Shown here piece after piece: positions 1 through 13,050 of a DNA stretch of 64,000 nt (position 1 is its first letter; each line of letters begins with the position of its first letter). Source of the stretch: Schmidtea polychroa (lineage: Eukaryota); assembly GCA_044892525.1 (NCBI GenBank), contig CM097887.1, positions 128,194,397 to 128,258,396 on the forward strand, written 5' to 3'. Made by a program: the position numbers and the translations under genes. The notes under the pieces are model-generated. The model was not told where the DNA came from. It made no database searches and saw only the letters and a list, made by a program, of their open reading frames with translations.

Positions 1-879
1 AGATGTAGCGAGATTAAATAAATAAAATTTTACGCAACTACTGCTTATTATCAAAATATTGTAAATGTGAAACCATATTACACTTGCTATGGTAGAAAGA
101 TCAAAAACCCCTGTATAGTACAATGAATCGAACACAGTTCCAGGGACATTTGAACAAAACCCATAAATAGCTATGATGAGTATCATCTTGAGCATTGATA
201 TGCTTTTTTTTTCATTAGCCGTTTCGTTTAAATTGCTTTTCCTTTGTATTTTAAGATGTTTCTGGTGGTTTATGAGAGATTTTAGCATCGTAATAATTGA
301 AACAAATATGATTAAAAATGGGAAATAAACTTTTCCAAAGCCATTCAATAAATTTAACTCCAAAGTAACATAAACAGTATTGACACAGTATTTAAATTCA
401 TTTTCTTCGGCAAACAATCTGGGCCAATTCGTGGCTGCTGAAATCATGATGATGACACCTGAAATTATAAAACTATGCGATTTGTGTAAGTTTCGTAAGA
501 AAGTACTCATCGGTTTTATTACCAGCAAACCTCTTTCAATATTTAACACCATCAACGTGTAAATACTGGCTTGAGACACAATATCAGAAAAATATAAATG
601 AAACTTACAAAATGGGATAGTTACAGTTCGATAATCGTACTCTATAGCCAATAAAAGAAAATACTGAGTTCCTGACGTAAGTATGACCATCAGATCCCAA
701 ACTGCATCAAATAGTAACATGAATTTGGAGAATTTTCGAATAGTTTGATTTTCAGAAAATGATATAATTGAAAGAATATTTCCTATTATACCGAAAACAA
801 TCAGAAACCCCAAAATTACGTAAAAGAAGGTTTGTAATGTTTTACTTATCGACACTAAGTAAGTTTCAGAAATGTTCAT
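1..879 (-). CDS. Intronless rhodopsin-class (class A) GPCR, 3' end beyond window edge
   Basis: Manual translation from ATG at 879 is open to base 1 (293 codons; no stop, so absent from the ORF track). MNISET..., TM1 GIIGNILSII, TM3 FCKFHLY...LMVLNIERGLLVIKP (DRY-like ERG), ECL2 Cys, TM6 MILIIAIYGFCSNVPG, TM7 ISSSCVKFYLFN. Confidence 0.9.
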   Translation of the reverse strand, partial: MNISETYLVSISKTLQTFFYVILGFLIVFGIIGNILSIISFSENQTIRKFSKFMLLFDAVWDLMVILTSGTQYFLLLAIEYDYRTVTIPFCKFHLYFSDIVSQASIYTLMVLNIERGLLVIKPMSTFLRNLHKSHSFIISGVIIMISAATNWPRLFAEENEFKYCVNTVYVTLELNLLNGFGKVYFPFLIIFVSIITMLKSLINHQKHLKIQRKSNLNETANEKKSISMLKMILIIAIYGFCSNVPGTVFDSLYYTGVFDLSTIASVIWFHIYNILIISSSCVKFYLFNLATS

Positions 880-2406
880 ATTTATTTTTCAGTAAATGTC
901 AGTTTTGTATTTAAAGAAATCTTTGATTGAAAGTAATTGGTTTATAAAAAAAATGAAAAAATTGTATCATTCAATAGAAATTGATAAATTTAATTTATGC
1001 AAATATTTGTTTATTTATAAAAAAATTTGAGAATAACCTTTTATTGAAATTGTAAATAATTACATTGCAAGATCAAGCAGTCACAATTTTGGAAATAGTT
1101 CAATTTCATTTAGAAGAATGTTTTTTGGGGAAAATCCCAAATCAACTAAAAAACCTTTAGAAAAAGTCAAACGTATCTGAAAAAGATTTTTGTTTTACTG
1201 AAACAGAAACTACATTTATTTTTCTAAGTTCTGTTAGCATTTTAAATGCATGAGGAAACATCTATAAATAAACATATTTTCGTTTGTTTTAAATATTAGT
1301 AATTTTCTTGTTTTGTAGGAAAACTTGCAAAATCTGCATTCCGTTTTTCATGAGAAAGGTATCTAAAGAATTTGCTATGTACTTGAAGATATTGTAGTCT
1401 TTTCAGCAAGTAGAAAGTCCATGGGTATAAATTTTTCGAAAATTTGTTATTGAACTTTACGATAAATTGGTATGGGAAACATAATTATAAATAAAATACA
1501 TGCTGAATTTGATCGTAAGAAAAAGAAATCTACTTTGTAATTGATATTGAGACTCAAGTTATGACAAATTGTTGAATTAATTAATTTGTTTTAATTTGAT
1601 ATTGAGATTGATTAAAATGAAATAGTTGTCAAATATCAATTTTCTTTATCCTTCAGTAAAATATTAATTTTTTTATTCACCTATGATCGTTTGCTTTCAC
1701 TATTTAATTTATCTTCTTTATGAAACTTGGTCAGAAATATATTTTCACATGTAACACAAAGAGAGTGTCGAAAAATTAATTTATATAGGAAAGTTAAATT
1801 TTCATCTAAAATGACAAAAAATGAAATTTTTTATCTTTATTTTACATTCTGTGAATTCTGTGAAAGATAAAAGAAATTCATAATTATAATAGTTATGATA
1901 TTTAATTATGATGGGTAATAATTTGGCTTGATGCTTTTAAAAAAAGAAAAATTGTAATAAATAAACAAATGATGGAAACCAAGCGTTTTAAAAATGATCT
2001 GAGTTTAACAATAATAATAGATTAATGGTGAAAAAGAGTTACCTAACATACACCTCATTTCAGTCGATAATATATTTTAAATGTGCCGTGAGAATGTAAC
2101 TATATTAATTAAGTGATTAATTAAATTAACTATTAATATTAGGCAATTTAATAAATAACAAATCAATTAATGAGTTATGTGACTGCATGTAGTTGTTCGA
2201 TGAAGTTGGTTGAATTCCTTATTTTTGTATTACTACATTGAAAAATATTCCTCATAAGATTTCGTTTCGATAATATTATTATTTGAATGATTATTATTTA
2301 TTTATGATTTGATTTTTAACTATGGATACAATAAATACAAAAAGCTAATTAGTGCAAAATCTATATTTATAATTTTATGAGTTATATACAACAGTCATGG
2401 ACATAC

Positions 2407-3375
2407 TGTTGGGTTTTCAGTAAATTTAAGTCGGTAACCTCTGACTCCTTGTGTCCATTAAATCAAAACAATAAACGACCCAACGTATATTGAAATCAAA
2501 AATATATTTTCTCTCAATAATACACAATCAATAATAAATAGTCCAACAGTTCTAGTTTGACCGATTCTCCGCTCGGTGTTGATGCTTTGATAAAGATAAT
2601 ATTCACCTTTTTTTTCCTTAGGTTCTCTTGTCCAACGTTTTCTTTTTTCTCTTTGATTTGATCCTTTTTCACCCTTTCTATTCTTATTTTATCTCTTCTT
2701 TTTCCCTAATCTCCTAATTTCGTTTTTACCTTTTCCTAAGCTCGATCTCTTCTAACTCTAGCTGAGGCAAAATGCCTATTTGCTCTGATTTTCCCATTCC
2801 TTATATACTCTCCGAAATCAGGATGACAAATGATTATTGCCGAGTCAATCTCTCACTTGACATTCGCTTCCACATAATTGCTTTCTACACGCACTATCTT
2901 TTCCTTGCTCAAAATTGATCATTGTGTCAAGCTAATGGGCCCAAATCTTCCGTCTGTTTACTTTTCTTCTTGTTTACCCAGTTCGGGTTTCCTTCATATC
3001 TCGGGTTCTCCATTGGCTCGGGTTTACCATTAGCTCGGGTTTTCTATTAGCCAATTAATTAATTAATTAATATTTTCTGTTTTTACACATTTGAATGCTT
3101 TTCGACCCTTTCTAACCATTTTCTGATAAATCCCTAATCATCATCTTGTTGACCATTAGCTACTCTATTCCCCATTCGATTTCGATGATTCTTCAATTTA
3201 TTGATTTTTCTCGGATTTCCGGATTCTTGCCTTTCGTAACTGCTTTTTGCCATTTCCTAATACTGTTTCCATCGTACTTTCCTTTACTATCAATTCTGTG
3301 CATGATCACGCTTTTATTTGTCTTTTTTCTTCACTTTTTATTTAAATTACCAACCTAAATTTACGGACCTCAACA
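2407..3375 (-). mobile_element. Solo LTR (Ty3/gypsy-type family 1)
   Basis: TGTTGGG...CCTCAACA ends, ATAC duplicated on both flanks (2403-2406, 3376-3379), colinear similarity to 30168-31557. Confidence 0.9.
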
Positions 3376-4027
3376 ATACTTAGTTTTTAAAATATTTACT
3401 TAAAATTGAGTATCTTTTTGCCACAAGCGCATTTTAACACTTGTTTGCATGTTTGTTTTATTTTAGGAATTAAGTATGTGTCTGTATGCTTCATTATTTT
3501 TTTCTACCCTATTTTGAAATCTATAGTAAATTGCTTGATGTAACTGCTTATCACTTTTCAACATATAAGTAACTTTGTATTTTTTTATAATATTGTGAAT
3601 TAATTATTTTATTCTATTATATGCCGTTTTATACACTGCAACGTGGTATATTTACTTCCAATTTACTTCAGTTCTTTTTGCTTGTGTTTAATTAAAATTA
3701 AAATTAAAAAAAGAAATTATTTTTAATGTCCTGAATAGGTCAAATACTATTTTAATTAACTTTATATTTTGAAACATTGCCGGTAACTGTAAACATTTTT
3801 AAATATTAAATAATTTAATTAAATGTATTAATAAAATCTGTTTGAACTTAATTTAATTATGTTAAATTTGTAAATAAAGTTTGACTTTTTATTAATGCAT
3901 TTCCGCTAAATAGTTTAAATGATTTTCACTAAAATTTTATTCTCTCCGATTTTATTTAATTCTAGTAATCATAATTATTTGATTAAGTAATAATTATAGG
4001 AAACTTAATTAATTGGGTTTTCATTAT

Positions 4028-4127
4028 TATATTCCCATGTTTTCATTTTAATATTCCCATGTTTTCATAGTTATATTTCCATATTTTCATAGTTATATTC
4101 CCATGTTTTCATTCTTATATTCCCATG
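4028..4127. repeat. Minisatellite, about 5 copies of a ~22-bp unit (ATATTCCCATGTTTTCAT core)
   Basis: Direct inspection. Confidence 0.85.
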
Positions 4128-4149
4128 AAATTGATATGAATATAAAACT

Positions 4150-4365
4150 GGTGCATATAACTCAGAAAGTTTTATAAACTATATTACTGAGAAGCTATCG
4201 CCATATTTTAGAAGGTATCCTCATAAAATTTTGGTCATGGACAATGCGAGAATTCACAAATCTTCTACCGTATTGCGAACTTTTTCGGATTTGCAAATAC
4301 CAATAAAATATCTTGTGCCTTATTCACCAGAACTTAACCCAATAGAAGAATTTTTTTCTATGATT
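4150..4365 (+). pseudogene. IS630/Tc1 DD34E transposase fragment
   Basis: Translates to ...ILVMDNARIHK...YLVPYSPELNPIEEFFS with 34 residues between D and E. Confidence 0.85.
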
Positions 4366-4467
4366 TTTTCTATAAATTTTTATTTATTTCTTCAACTTAT
4401 TCAATATTGAGAGCTCAATATCAACCATTATTCTTCATTAATATTTTATCATTTTCATAATAAAAAT

Positions 4468-5220
4468 TGTAAAACTCAGTCGTATATCATCCCATGGACA
4501 AAATAGGCAATTATCTGGGCCCAAACCAACAAATGTCTCTAAAACAATTTTCTAGTCATTAAAATATTGTATCCAGCAGGCCACAGCTTAAGGGACACTA
4601 GTTGTTCCTCTTGCGAGTAGGTCAGCTGGCTTTTCAGATTCACGCGGCTTGATCGGGCCATAATATGGGGGCTTCTCCACTGGTCTGTCGCCGTAAGTAT
4701 TTCTATTGGAGTATTAGAATAAGTATTAAAATTAGAAATTAGAATTAGAAATACAGGCAGATCCATGCTCAAATTTTTTGAAAAATAATTTAAATATTAT
4801 GGGAAGTGTGGATTAACTTGGAAATAAGGGCCGATCCCTCCTCAAATTTTTTGGAAGATAGGTTAAATATTCATAAATATCAAGGAAAATACCTAGCAAT
4901 ATTTATTAATAGAAAAATAAGGGCGCATTCCTGCGCAAAATATTAAAAGAGAATAATTGGAATACACATAATTGAGGACGACAAATAATCTAAAAACAGC
5001 ATACATAGTGAATAATGACGTAAGACCTTCTATCGGCTGTCTAGAACCCGAAGAGAAAAGAACCTGATCATTGTTTTTTCGCCCATGTGTACAGTACCAA
5101 CATGGTCGTCGCCATGGGCACACAAATGGTTTAAAGTACAATAGTTATGGAGGTGCTTAGGAAAGAGTCGATTGAATACCTATGATTACCCCTAACGTAT
5201 TTAAACTTTAAAATGACACA
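4468..5220. repeat. Fragment of the ORF-X-associated repeat family (non-coding motifs only)
   Basis: 4577-4692 matches 20538-20649; 5017-5105 matches 19898-20012 and the reverse complement of 7130-7245. Confidence 0.6.
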
Positions 5221-5311
5221 TCCCTAAGTAACCAACAGAGTTAACAAAAGACGAAAATTTAATAAGAAAAATTCATTTGACAAGAAATAAAGTTTACCAT
5301 CGTTGGGGATG

Positions 5312-6991
5312 CAGGGCCGGTGCTAGACTTTTTGCTGCCACAGGCAAGATTTGTTTTGCCGCCCTACGGTCTAGTGAAAAAAAGTAAAAAACAGTTTTCT
5401 TATGAACTATAAAACATAAATACTACGAGTAGAAGAACTAAGTACAATAACAAAAACACAGATTTAATTGTTAATTATTCATTTGCAAATACACAACAAA
5501 AAAGCAAATTTTTAATAAATAAAATTACCTTAAACTTTAAATTTTGTTGTTTTATTTCAAATCGATGACCTTTAAACAAATAAAAAAAACTTTTACTTTC
5601 TTTAGCCACTATTAACTAACTTATACAAAATAAATAGTGGTATAGAAAAAATTGGACACCTTAATTTACTAGTCGTTTAATAAAGTTTAAAATTTTCTTC
5701 TTGCTTTTATATTTGCAAAATCTCGTAGTATATCTTTTTTATCTATTGCTCTCGAAATATCATTTTCAATGGACAAAATAGTTAGCCCAGAGAGTCGGTT
5801 TTGTGACATGGATGACCTCAAATAGTTTTTTATTAATTTTAGACGAGAAAAACTCCTTCCGCTAGCAACACTAACTGGCATTGTTAATAATTTTTTTAGT
5901 GCAATATACAAATTTGGATAGATTGGCTCATTCTGCAAAATATATTTCAAAACATCGTTTGGATCATCTGATGGTTTCAGCAAACTTGAAATAAATATTA
6001 ATTCTTCCGACAGTTGAATACCGTCAATGTCTTTTTTATTACCATCGCTCAGTATAATTTCTAAATCCTTCCAATACTTTAAAATATCTTCTTTCTTCCA
6101 TGTAGTTAATTTTGAAATGGAATGTAAGAATCCAAATGTATTTTTATAATGACAGCTGTTGGAAAAGTTACTCCATTGAGTCTAAAAAATAAAAATAAAC
6201 AAGTTTAAATTTTTGTGTTGAATCTTCCATTGGTTCATCAGTGGCTTCGTATTCAAAATTCCGTTTTCGTTTTTTAATTCGAATTTCCTCAAATCTGGGT
6301 TCCAAATCAATCATTTCTGCTAATTCACTAGCAGTAATAAAAAGGTTTTGAAACTCTTCGTCGGTTCTGAACTTTTCAAATTATTAAAAACGGACTCAAT
6401 TGTTTCCACTGCGGCACAAATAGAAAATGTTGGATTCTGCATTAGAAGATTCACTCTATTAACTTCTAATAACACATTGTACCAAAGCACTGCAGTACAA
6501 ATAAATAGATAACTTTTCAATTTTTGGGCCATAATGACAGAGAAAAATTCTGCGTTTTTTACCATTTCAATAATCTTGTTTTTCGACTTTTGAGCTAATA
6601 ATTCTACAAATTCATTTTGAATATCTTTGCTCAGGTAATGTACGTTAGCTTTTTTAGAAGTTATTCGACGTAGGTGTTCTTTTATAACAGGATCGCATAG
6701 ACCAAAGCATTCGACAAACTTTAAGAAAACCCCATTATTATTTTCCTATATCGCATCAGATGACCAACGAAATGATAAATTAAGTTCAGCCATTGTCAAA
6801 ATAATTTGCGTCACTCTTTCAAAAAACGTCACGCCAATGTTGTTTTTCATTCTTCAAAAGCCGTTCATATTCTGCATTGATAGTTTTATTTAATCGTTAA
6901 GCTCGGAACAATCATTAAATGATCTTAAGTGGAAGAATTTTTTATCATGATTATTAATGGCATGGATCAAAATTTTCCAATCATTATAGCC
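5312..6991 (-). mobile_element. Degenerate hAT transposon (ZMYM1-like transposase, internally deleted)
   Basis: CAGGGCCGG terminus at 5312; dimerisation domain LLTMPVSVASG-RSFSRLKLIKNYLRSSMSQNRL; N-terminal part GYNDWK...HYLSKDIQNEF with the catalytic core missing. Confidence 0.85.
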
Positions 6992-7496
6992 TGTGCTGGG
7001 GTGCTACTCGGTTGACTCCGATAAAACCTTTCGATTCACGTCTAGAGGATGGTGGTCTCTTACATTAACATATTTCGCATTTCTGCCAACCTCTCTCTCA
7101 CGACATAATACCCATGAATTGCTCCATGTTGGTACTGTATTATGTCGGCGAGACCTGAGAAAACAGGTGAGCCCCTGATTTAGGACTACTCTTTCCTGAA
7201 GACTCGACTTTTCCTTCTCGGACGGCCGATAGAAGGTCTTACGTCTTCACTACTCCCCCTTTGATCTCGACTCGCTACCCTTCTCTGAGTTCGTTGCCCG
7301 GAATTATCAGATTCAGAGATTATAGTAATTAAGACAATTTCTTCACGATAGGAGAAAAGAAAACACTGAACGAAAACGTTTATTGATCGACTTACACACT
7401 TAACCGTCGACACAACAAAAGAAAAACATTTGACTACATAATGTTGATCACAAAATTCATGACTATTCAGAGGTTATCCTACTCAAGGGTATCGTT

Positions 7497-8253
7497 TCAT
7501 TTCTCACGGTCGGCTTCCGCAAATAAGGCCTCTAAATTGAAAGATTCGGAATCGTTCTCTTTCCAAGTTGTACCAGCAGCTGAGATGATCCGACACTGCA
7601 TCCCAGTGTTCACAGTTGACATGGGAGCAACGCTACTATTCGCCTGCTCAATGGGTGCGACGCGTTTCTGTTCCTTTTCGATAGCTCGCTCCTTCTGCTT
7701 TTTCTTACGCTCTGCTCGAGATAGCTGTCGTCGCTTGGGCTTTGATGATGGATTGGTAGTATAGGATATGCTGGGTGTTGGGACAATTTTGGGCTTCACT
7801 CTACTGGTGCCCGTGAAAACGACTTCATTGGAATTAGGCGAGAGTTCCGCCTCTACACAACCCTTGACAAGACTTCTCCGAGGTTCGAGGTCTATTCGGG
7901 GTTTGGTCATGATGGGTAGGGAACACATTATCTTCCTCGGTTATTGGTATAGTCACGATCTTTCGAGTAATCGACGCCTGTAGGTACACTTTGTGTAGAG
8001 CTTCTGACTGCTCCTTGATGAGAAGCCGCTGCGATCTACTTTCGGCGATTAGACTATCGCGGCAATGTTCGCTCCGGAATAACTTCTTCCAGACCTCTTT
8101 CATTTGAGCAGGGTTGAACCAAATACTCTCTAGTTCCTCAATTTCCCGTTTGAGCGTTTCAACTTGGACTTGAAGACCCTTAATGGCTGTGTTCTTCTCG
8201 GCACATGAGAAGCAAGGCTTGATCAAATTATGAGCATTGGAATTCATGGTCAC
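7497..8253 (-). pseudogene. ORF-X copy A (CxxC + coiled coil + basic NLS protein), one frameshift
   Basis: ORFs 7834..8253 and 7497..7928 join into a homologue of 18847..19611 (KPCFSCAEKN, EHCRDSL, QSEALHKVY, DNVFP). Confidence 0.8.
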
Positions 8254-8902
8254 GAGTTATAAAGGATAGAAGACATATAATGAACGATCATCTGTGATCT
8301 ACCTAATCCGTAGGTAAACCGAGCATAACAATAAATCATCTAATTGTCTTAAGTCTTACTCAATACGTTTTTGGTCGTTAGAGTTCAACCGATAAAATGG
8401 CGTCATCGGACCAGCAAAAGAAATTCACCCTCAGACGATCTACTAGACTTCGTTATTGATATCCTGACCTAAACGCAATACTGTATCTAAAGTAAGGGTC
8501 GCCCAAAAAAATGATGACACTGTTAGAAAGCTTTACCTCTGTGCCTTGTAGAAAAAATGGAATATACACAAATGTAACAATGAAATTCATTTTTGTTACT
8601 GCTTGATGATTAATAGATACTTGTAATTGTTGTAATAAGTCAAAATAAGTATGAATAGAAGTTAAGAAATCGACTGTTGATTTGAATTTATTTCTTTTTA
8701 TAACTTGTAGCCTGTTTCATTATTTACAAACTCTATTATTATTTAACTAAAAGAAAAATTACAAACATTAATAGTGTAGTAAGTGTAGTTGTTTGATCAA
8801 TGTGAAAATCTCCAGGAAGAAGCGGATATAGTCGTATTTGTGAACTAAGCCGAAAGTGAATAAGAAATTAATCTAAGCGTTGGGCTACAAAGCATTTCTT
8901 TA

Positions 8903-9270
8903 CCGGTGCTGGAGTGCTGGAGTCTAATTTTTTTCCATTATTAGTAATTAGCAGTCAATGGGAGACCGCCATTGACTCCGATATTCGCGACGTGGATATT
9001 TTGCACAAAATAAACATTCAGTCCGTGCAAGTCAATGCGGCGCAGCTGCCCACAAAGAGACCACCGCGCCGACGACTCAGCATCGCGTGGAATCAAATGC
9101 AATGCTCTCCCTTCTAAATAATTCCCAGAACACTTTTTCCCGCGCGATATCTGAGTCGTTGGTAGTCCCTTTGTGGGTAGCTGCGCCGCGTTGTCTTGCT
9201 CGCCGAGAATATCGGAGTCGTTGGCGGTCCCCTAATCGAAATCGATAATCAAATTAGACTCCAGCACCGG
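8903..9270. mobile_element. Fold-back MITE-like element
   Basis: TIR (CCGG)TGCTGGAGTCTAATTT / AAATTAGACTCCAGCACCGG plus two further internal inverted blocks; TSD not clear. Confidence 0.75.
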
Positions 9271-9271
9271 A

Positions 9272-10160
9272 GTAGAACAAACTACATTTATTTTACGATA
9301 CGTCTCTGTAAATAATCATTCAGATGAATACGAAATTAAGGAACGATTTCTTGCATTTGTAAACTGCAATAAGAAGACTGGAGAAGATATTGCAAATTTA
9401 ATTCTCGAAACGCTTGAAAAATATTATATTCCTATAAGCGAATGTCGTGCACAAGGGTACGATAATGGATCCAATATGAGTGGCTCATATAAAGGTGCTC
9501 AAGCTCATATTTTGCAAATCAATCAACTGGCAATATTTTCCACTTGTGCATGTCATAGTTTAAATTTGTGTGGTGTTCATGCAGCAGAATCTTGTCATGA
9601 GGTTGTAACGTTTTTTGGTACGGTACAAAAATTATACATTATTTTTAGCAGTAGCCCTCAAAGATGGGAAATATTAAAAAATAATACTGGACGTTCAATA
9701 CACTCTATGTCAAATACACGTTGGTCTGCTAGAATTGAATGTATTAAACCAATTGCTGAAAATATTCCTGCAATAAAAAGTGCCATAGATTCTGTTCTAG
9801 AATTAAACTTAACATGGGAAATTCGTTCATATCTGAACGGAATAAAAAATATATGGAATCGTTTGAATTCTTAGTAATGGCTAAAATTTGATACAAAGTC
9901 CTTCAAGCTATAAATTATAGAAATATTGTTTTACAAGCTCGTGATGCGACAATTGATGTAAAAGTAGCGAATTTGTCAAGTCTTCTTGATGAATTACAAA
10001 CAATAAGAGATAGTTGGGAAACTCTCTTCAATGAATGTAAATTGTTTGGTTCAACTTTAGAGATAAATACAGATTTTGAAACAAAACGTAGTAAAAGGAA
10101 AAAATGGGGGAACGAATTAGAAATGACACCAAGTGACGAATTCAAAACAAATGTATCATT
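9272..10160 (+). pseudogene. hAT transposase catalytic-core remnant
   Basis: EQTTFILRYV...KERFLAF...RAQGYDNGSNMSG...CACHSLNL...TRWSAR; later frameshifted. Confidence 0.9.
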
Positions 10161-11499
10161 GATAGGCATTGGTCGCATGAGTGTAAAACCCGGATTTAGC
10201 ATTTATCCGGATTGAGGATCGATTTGTTGTGACACCTGGTAATTAACTGGTGATAGATTCACTGTCGTAACCGCTAGAGCCAGTGGTAACGAAAATTCAT
10301 GTAACTTATCTAAATTGTATTTTCCAGATGGTTTTTCACGAATTTATCTATGTGCCTTAACGATTACTCAAGCTGTCACTAGACAACGAGAGCGGGTTTT
10401 ATCTAACCAGTGAATGCCTATTTATGTGTATTATGTCATCTGGTTGTAAGCTTACTACTTGCTCGCAATCATGCTGGTAATATTCTGCTATCGTATTTTA
10501 CGTATATCTCGATATTTCAATTCATCTCTATTATCGGGCGTTTCGCAGGTCATTTACCGTGAATTTTTTATCGGTGCAGTTAATTATCATACTATCGTGG
10601 GATTCAGTGCCTGCTATGTGTATGTGACCTATTCGCTTACATGTAGGTTGATCAGTGTACTTTCGCATCAATGCTGTCTCTCGTGAGCGTATCGCACCTA
10701 ATTGGAATTACTATCGGATAATATCCCAAATTCACAAAAACCCACTCAGGATCTATGACGACCGCTCTATCTTACGGTGTTTCATATATTGTTGAAAAGG
10801 CAGAAAATATATCATCCCCGTGGGTAAATTCGATTAAGATCGTTGTTAATTAAATAAAAAATTTTTCATAAAGTATTTTGGAGTTATTTTTCTCGTCCTT
10901 TTCTCGAATGTTTGTATTATAATAATTATAAAATCGAGTCAATTTAATTTAAATAATAATGTGGAAATACAAATGGTAAAAAAGAAATACAGATTTTTAG
11001 TGAATTTTAAATGTTGATGTGGATTCAACTTGGCATGGTTTGCGCTGGTTTACTAGCTGAATGTAGATGTGTTTCGCAATGTCGTTATAATTTTTGAGAG
11101 TATTCCCTTATCGAATGCTGCACTGGCAGCAATCCAAGTTTTGAATTATCGAGTAGTTCTAGATGTAATTACTCATGATCGAATTTTGTTTCCAAAACGT
11201 ATGGTAAGAGGAATAGGTTAAAGCAACGAAATCGCGCAAGAAAATTTCGAGTTGAAAAACTAGTCAAAATCCGTTAGGGGACTTTTCACCAAGATCGTAC
11301 GTGGGAGCCTCAATCACTGTGCAGACCTACCCGTGGCACCTCATGCCGCCCCCTCATTCCGATGAAAATTTTGCTTTCAAACATCTCTTACTAGTTATAG
11401 TCCTCATTTCAAAAACAACATCTACCACACTTTTATTCATACCATCAGTGACAGACCCGTGGAGAAGCCTCCACATTTCGGCCCGAAATCAACTGCGTG

Positions 11500-12156
11500 A
11501 CTGAAGATGACCCCATACCCACCGGCTGAGCACCCGAAGGCCCCTCACACCATGGTAACGTGGAAAACAATGAAACACAAGAAAAGCATTATGACAGAAA
11601 ACTGGTAAAAAATGAAAGTGAGATTGAACCGAATATCAGGAGTAAGGTAAACTAGTACTGTAACAAATACCAACAAGGACACAATGACCACGATCAGTTT
11701 TTCGATGGGACGTATGAGAATCGTCAGAGAAATGAGCACAGAAAAAGGAAATATAGCCTCATAAAGGGGTGTTACAAATGTAAAAGAACGGAACACTTGA
11801 TTAATAACTGTCCAAATGTGACAAATGTGACAAACAATCAGTCGGATATTAGAAAATATCAACCTCCAATGTTAATAAAACAACAGTCGACAAATGTACA
11901 AAGACGGACAAATGATGTGAAAGAACATGTAAAACCTAACGTATTGGAAGAATTGAGAAAACAATGTATAGAACAGGATGAGATAATAAGAAAATTGGCT
12001 ATGAAAGAAACGAGACAAGATAAACTGATAATGATATGGAGAAAAGTGGCAGAAAACCAAGCAAGAGAAAACGAAGTAATTAAGACGACGATACTCAGAC
12101 TAAATGAAGAAGCAAGGTCAGCAGAATTAAGAATCAACGAAATAACGGAAAATTGA
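11500..12156 (+). pseudogene. Degenerate gag-like frame with CCHC zinc knuckle followed by coiled coil
   Basis: CYKCKRTEHLINNC (CX2CX4HX4C) at 11770-11811, in frame with ORF 11797..12156; upstream stops. Confidence 0.6.
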
Positions 12157-13050
12157 GAGAAATGTAAAGAATCGACAGTAGAGTCAAAAACGATTATGAA
12201 CAAGGGAAATGGAAATTAAAGAGGAAGTATAGAGAAAGTGTACATATGTAAAAATTTATGTATAAATAGCAAACGAAATGTATTAGACGTATATGTAGCA
12301 AAGGATTGATGTATATGTAATTAGAATGGAAAATGGATTAAGTAATCTGTAATGAAAATACTAAATGTGAACCCTTATAATCACAACCGAGAACAAAAGC
12401 CCGATTAATAAGAGAAAATATAAATTAAGAAGCGTGATATGAATTACAAACACAGAAGGATAATGAGTCAAACGAATCAGTCGAATTTGGAACACAAACG
12501 AAAATGATAAGTAGAGAAAAATTCCGAACCAAGAAGCAATGTCGTTAATCAAGTCACCAAGAAAAACAAAGAAATTCAGTGTATCAAATCATCCAGTTAA
12601 ACAGAGGTTCCGAAGACCCTTGAGCAAGGTCTGTCCAATCCCATCAGATGACAAACCAACCAGAATCACAGCCTCAGAAATTCCAAAAGAAAAAGAATCA
12701 AAGAAAATAGTCAAACTCTAATAAACAACCAAGTCGAAAGATTGAAAATCGAACTCAGAAACGAGTAGAAGACAACGAAAGAAACGACAAACTGCTGAAA
12801 TGATCCATAAATAAAACTTTTGGGTGTGACTTGTAATTAAATCTAAACACTATCAGTAGTTATGCGTATTATAACCAGTCAATGTATGTGGCAACTGCTT
12901 GAATTTTAGCTTAGACCTTTCTCTGATAATTGAATTCTAACATGTCTTAGACTACTATAATATGTCTGTAGGTTAATGGAAATGTAATAGGCAATGACTC
13001 GAAAAAGTCATATGTCTAACAGAATTGCGTTAGTTAACATCATGAAAATT

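Noticed and set aside
380-562. Plus-strand 60-aa ORF
   Set aside because: Antisense shadow of the GPCR.
3146-3358. Hydrophobic ORFs in LTRs and A-rich repeats (also 15529-16250, 30568-30792)
   Set aside because: Compositional ORFs from T-rich strands; not conserved in frame between LTR copies.
4028-4127. CRISPR-like array (also considered for 53357-54035)
   Set aside because: No unique spacers, eukaryotic context, no cas genes.
11446-11520. GAAA and CTGAAGA in the conserved motif as a possible hammerhead
   Set aside because: Only 12 nt between GAAA and CTGA, too short for stems III and I, and the core is not kept in the 4630 copy.
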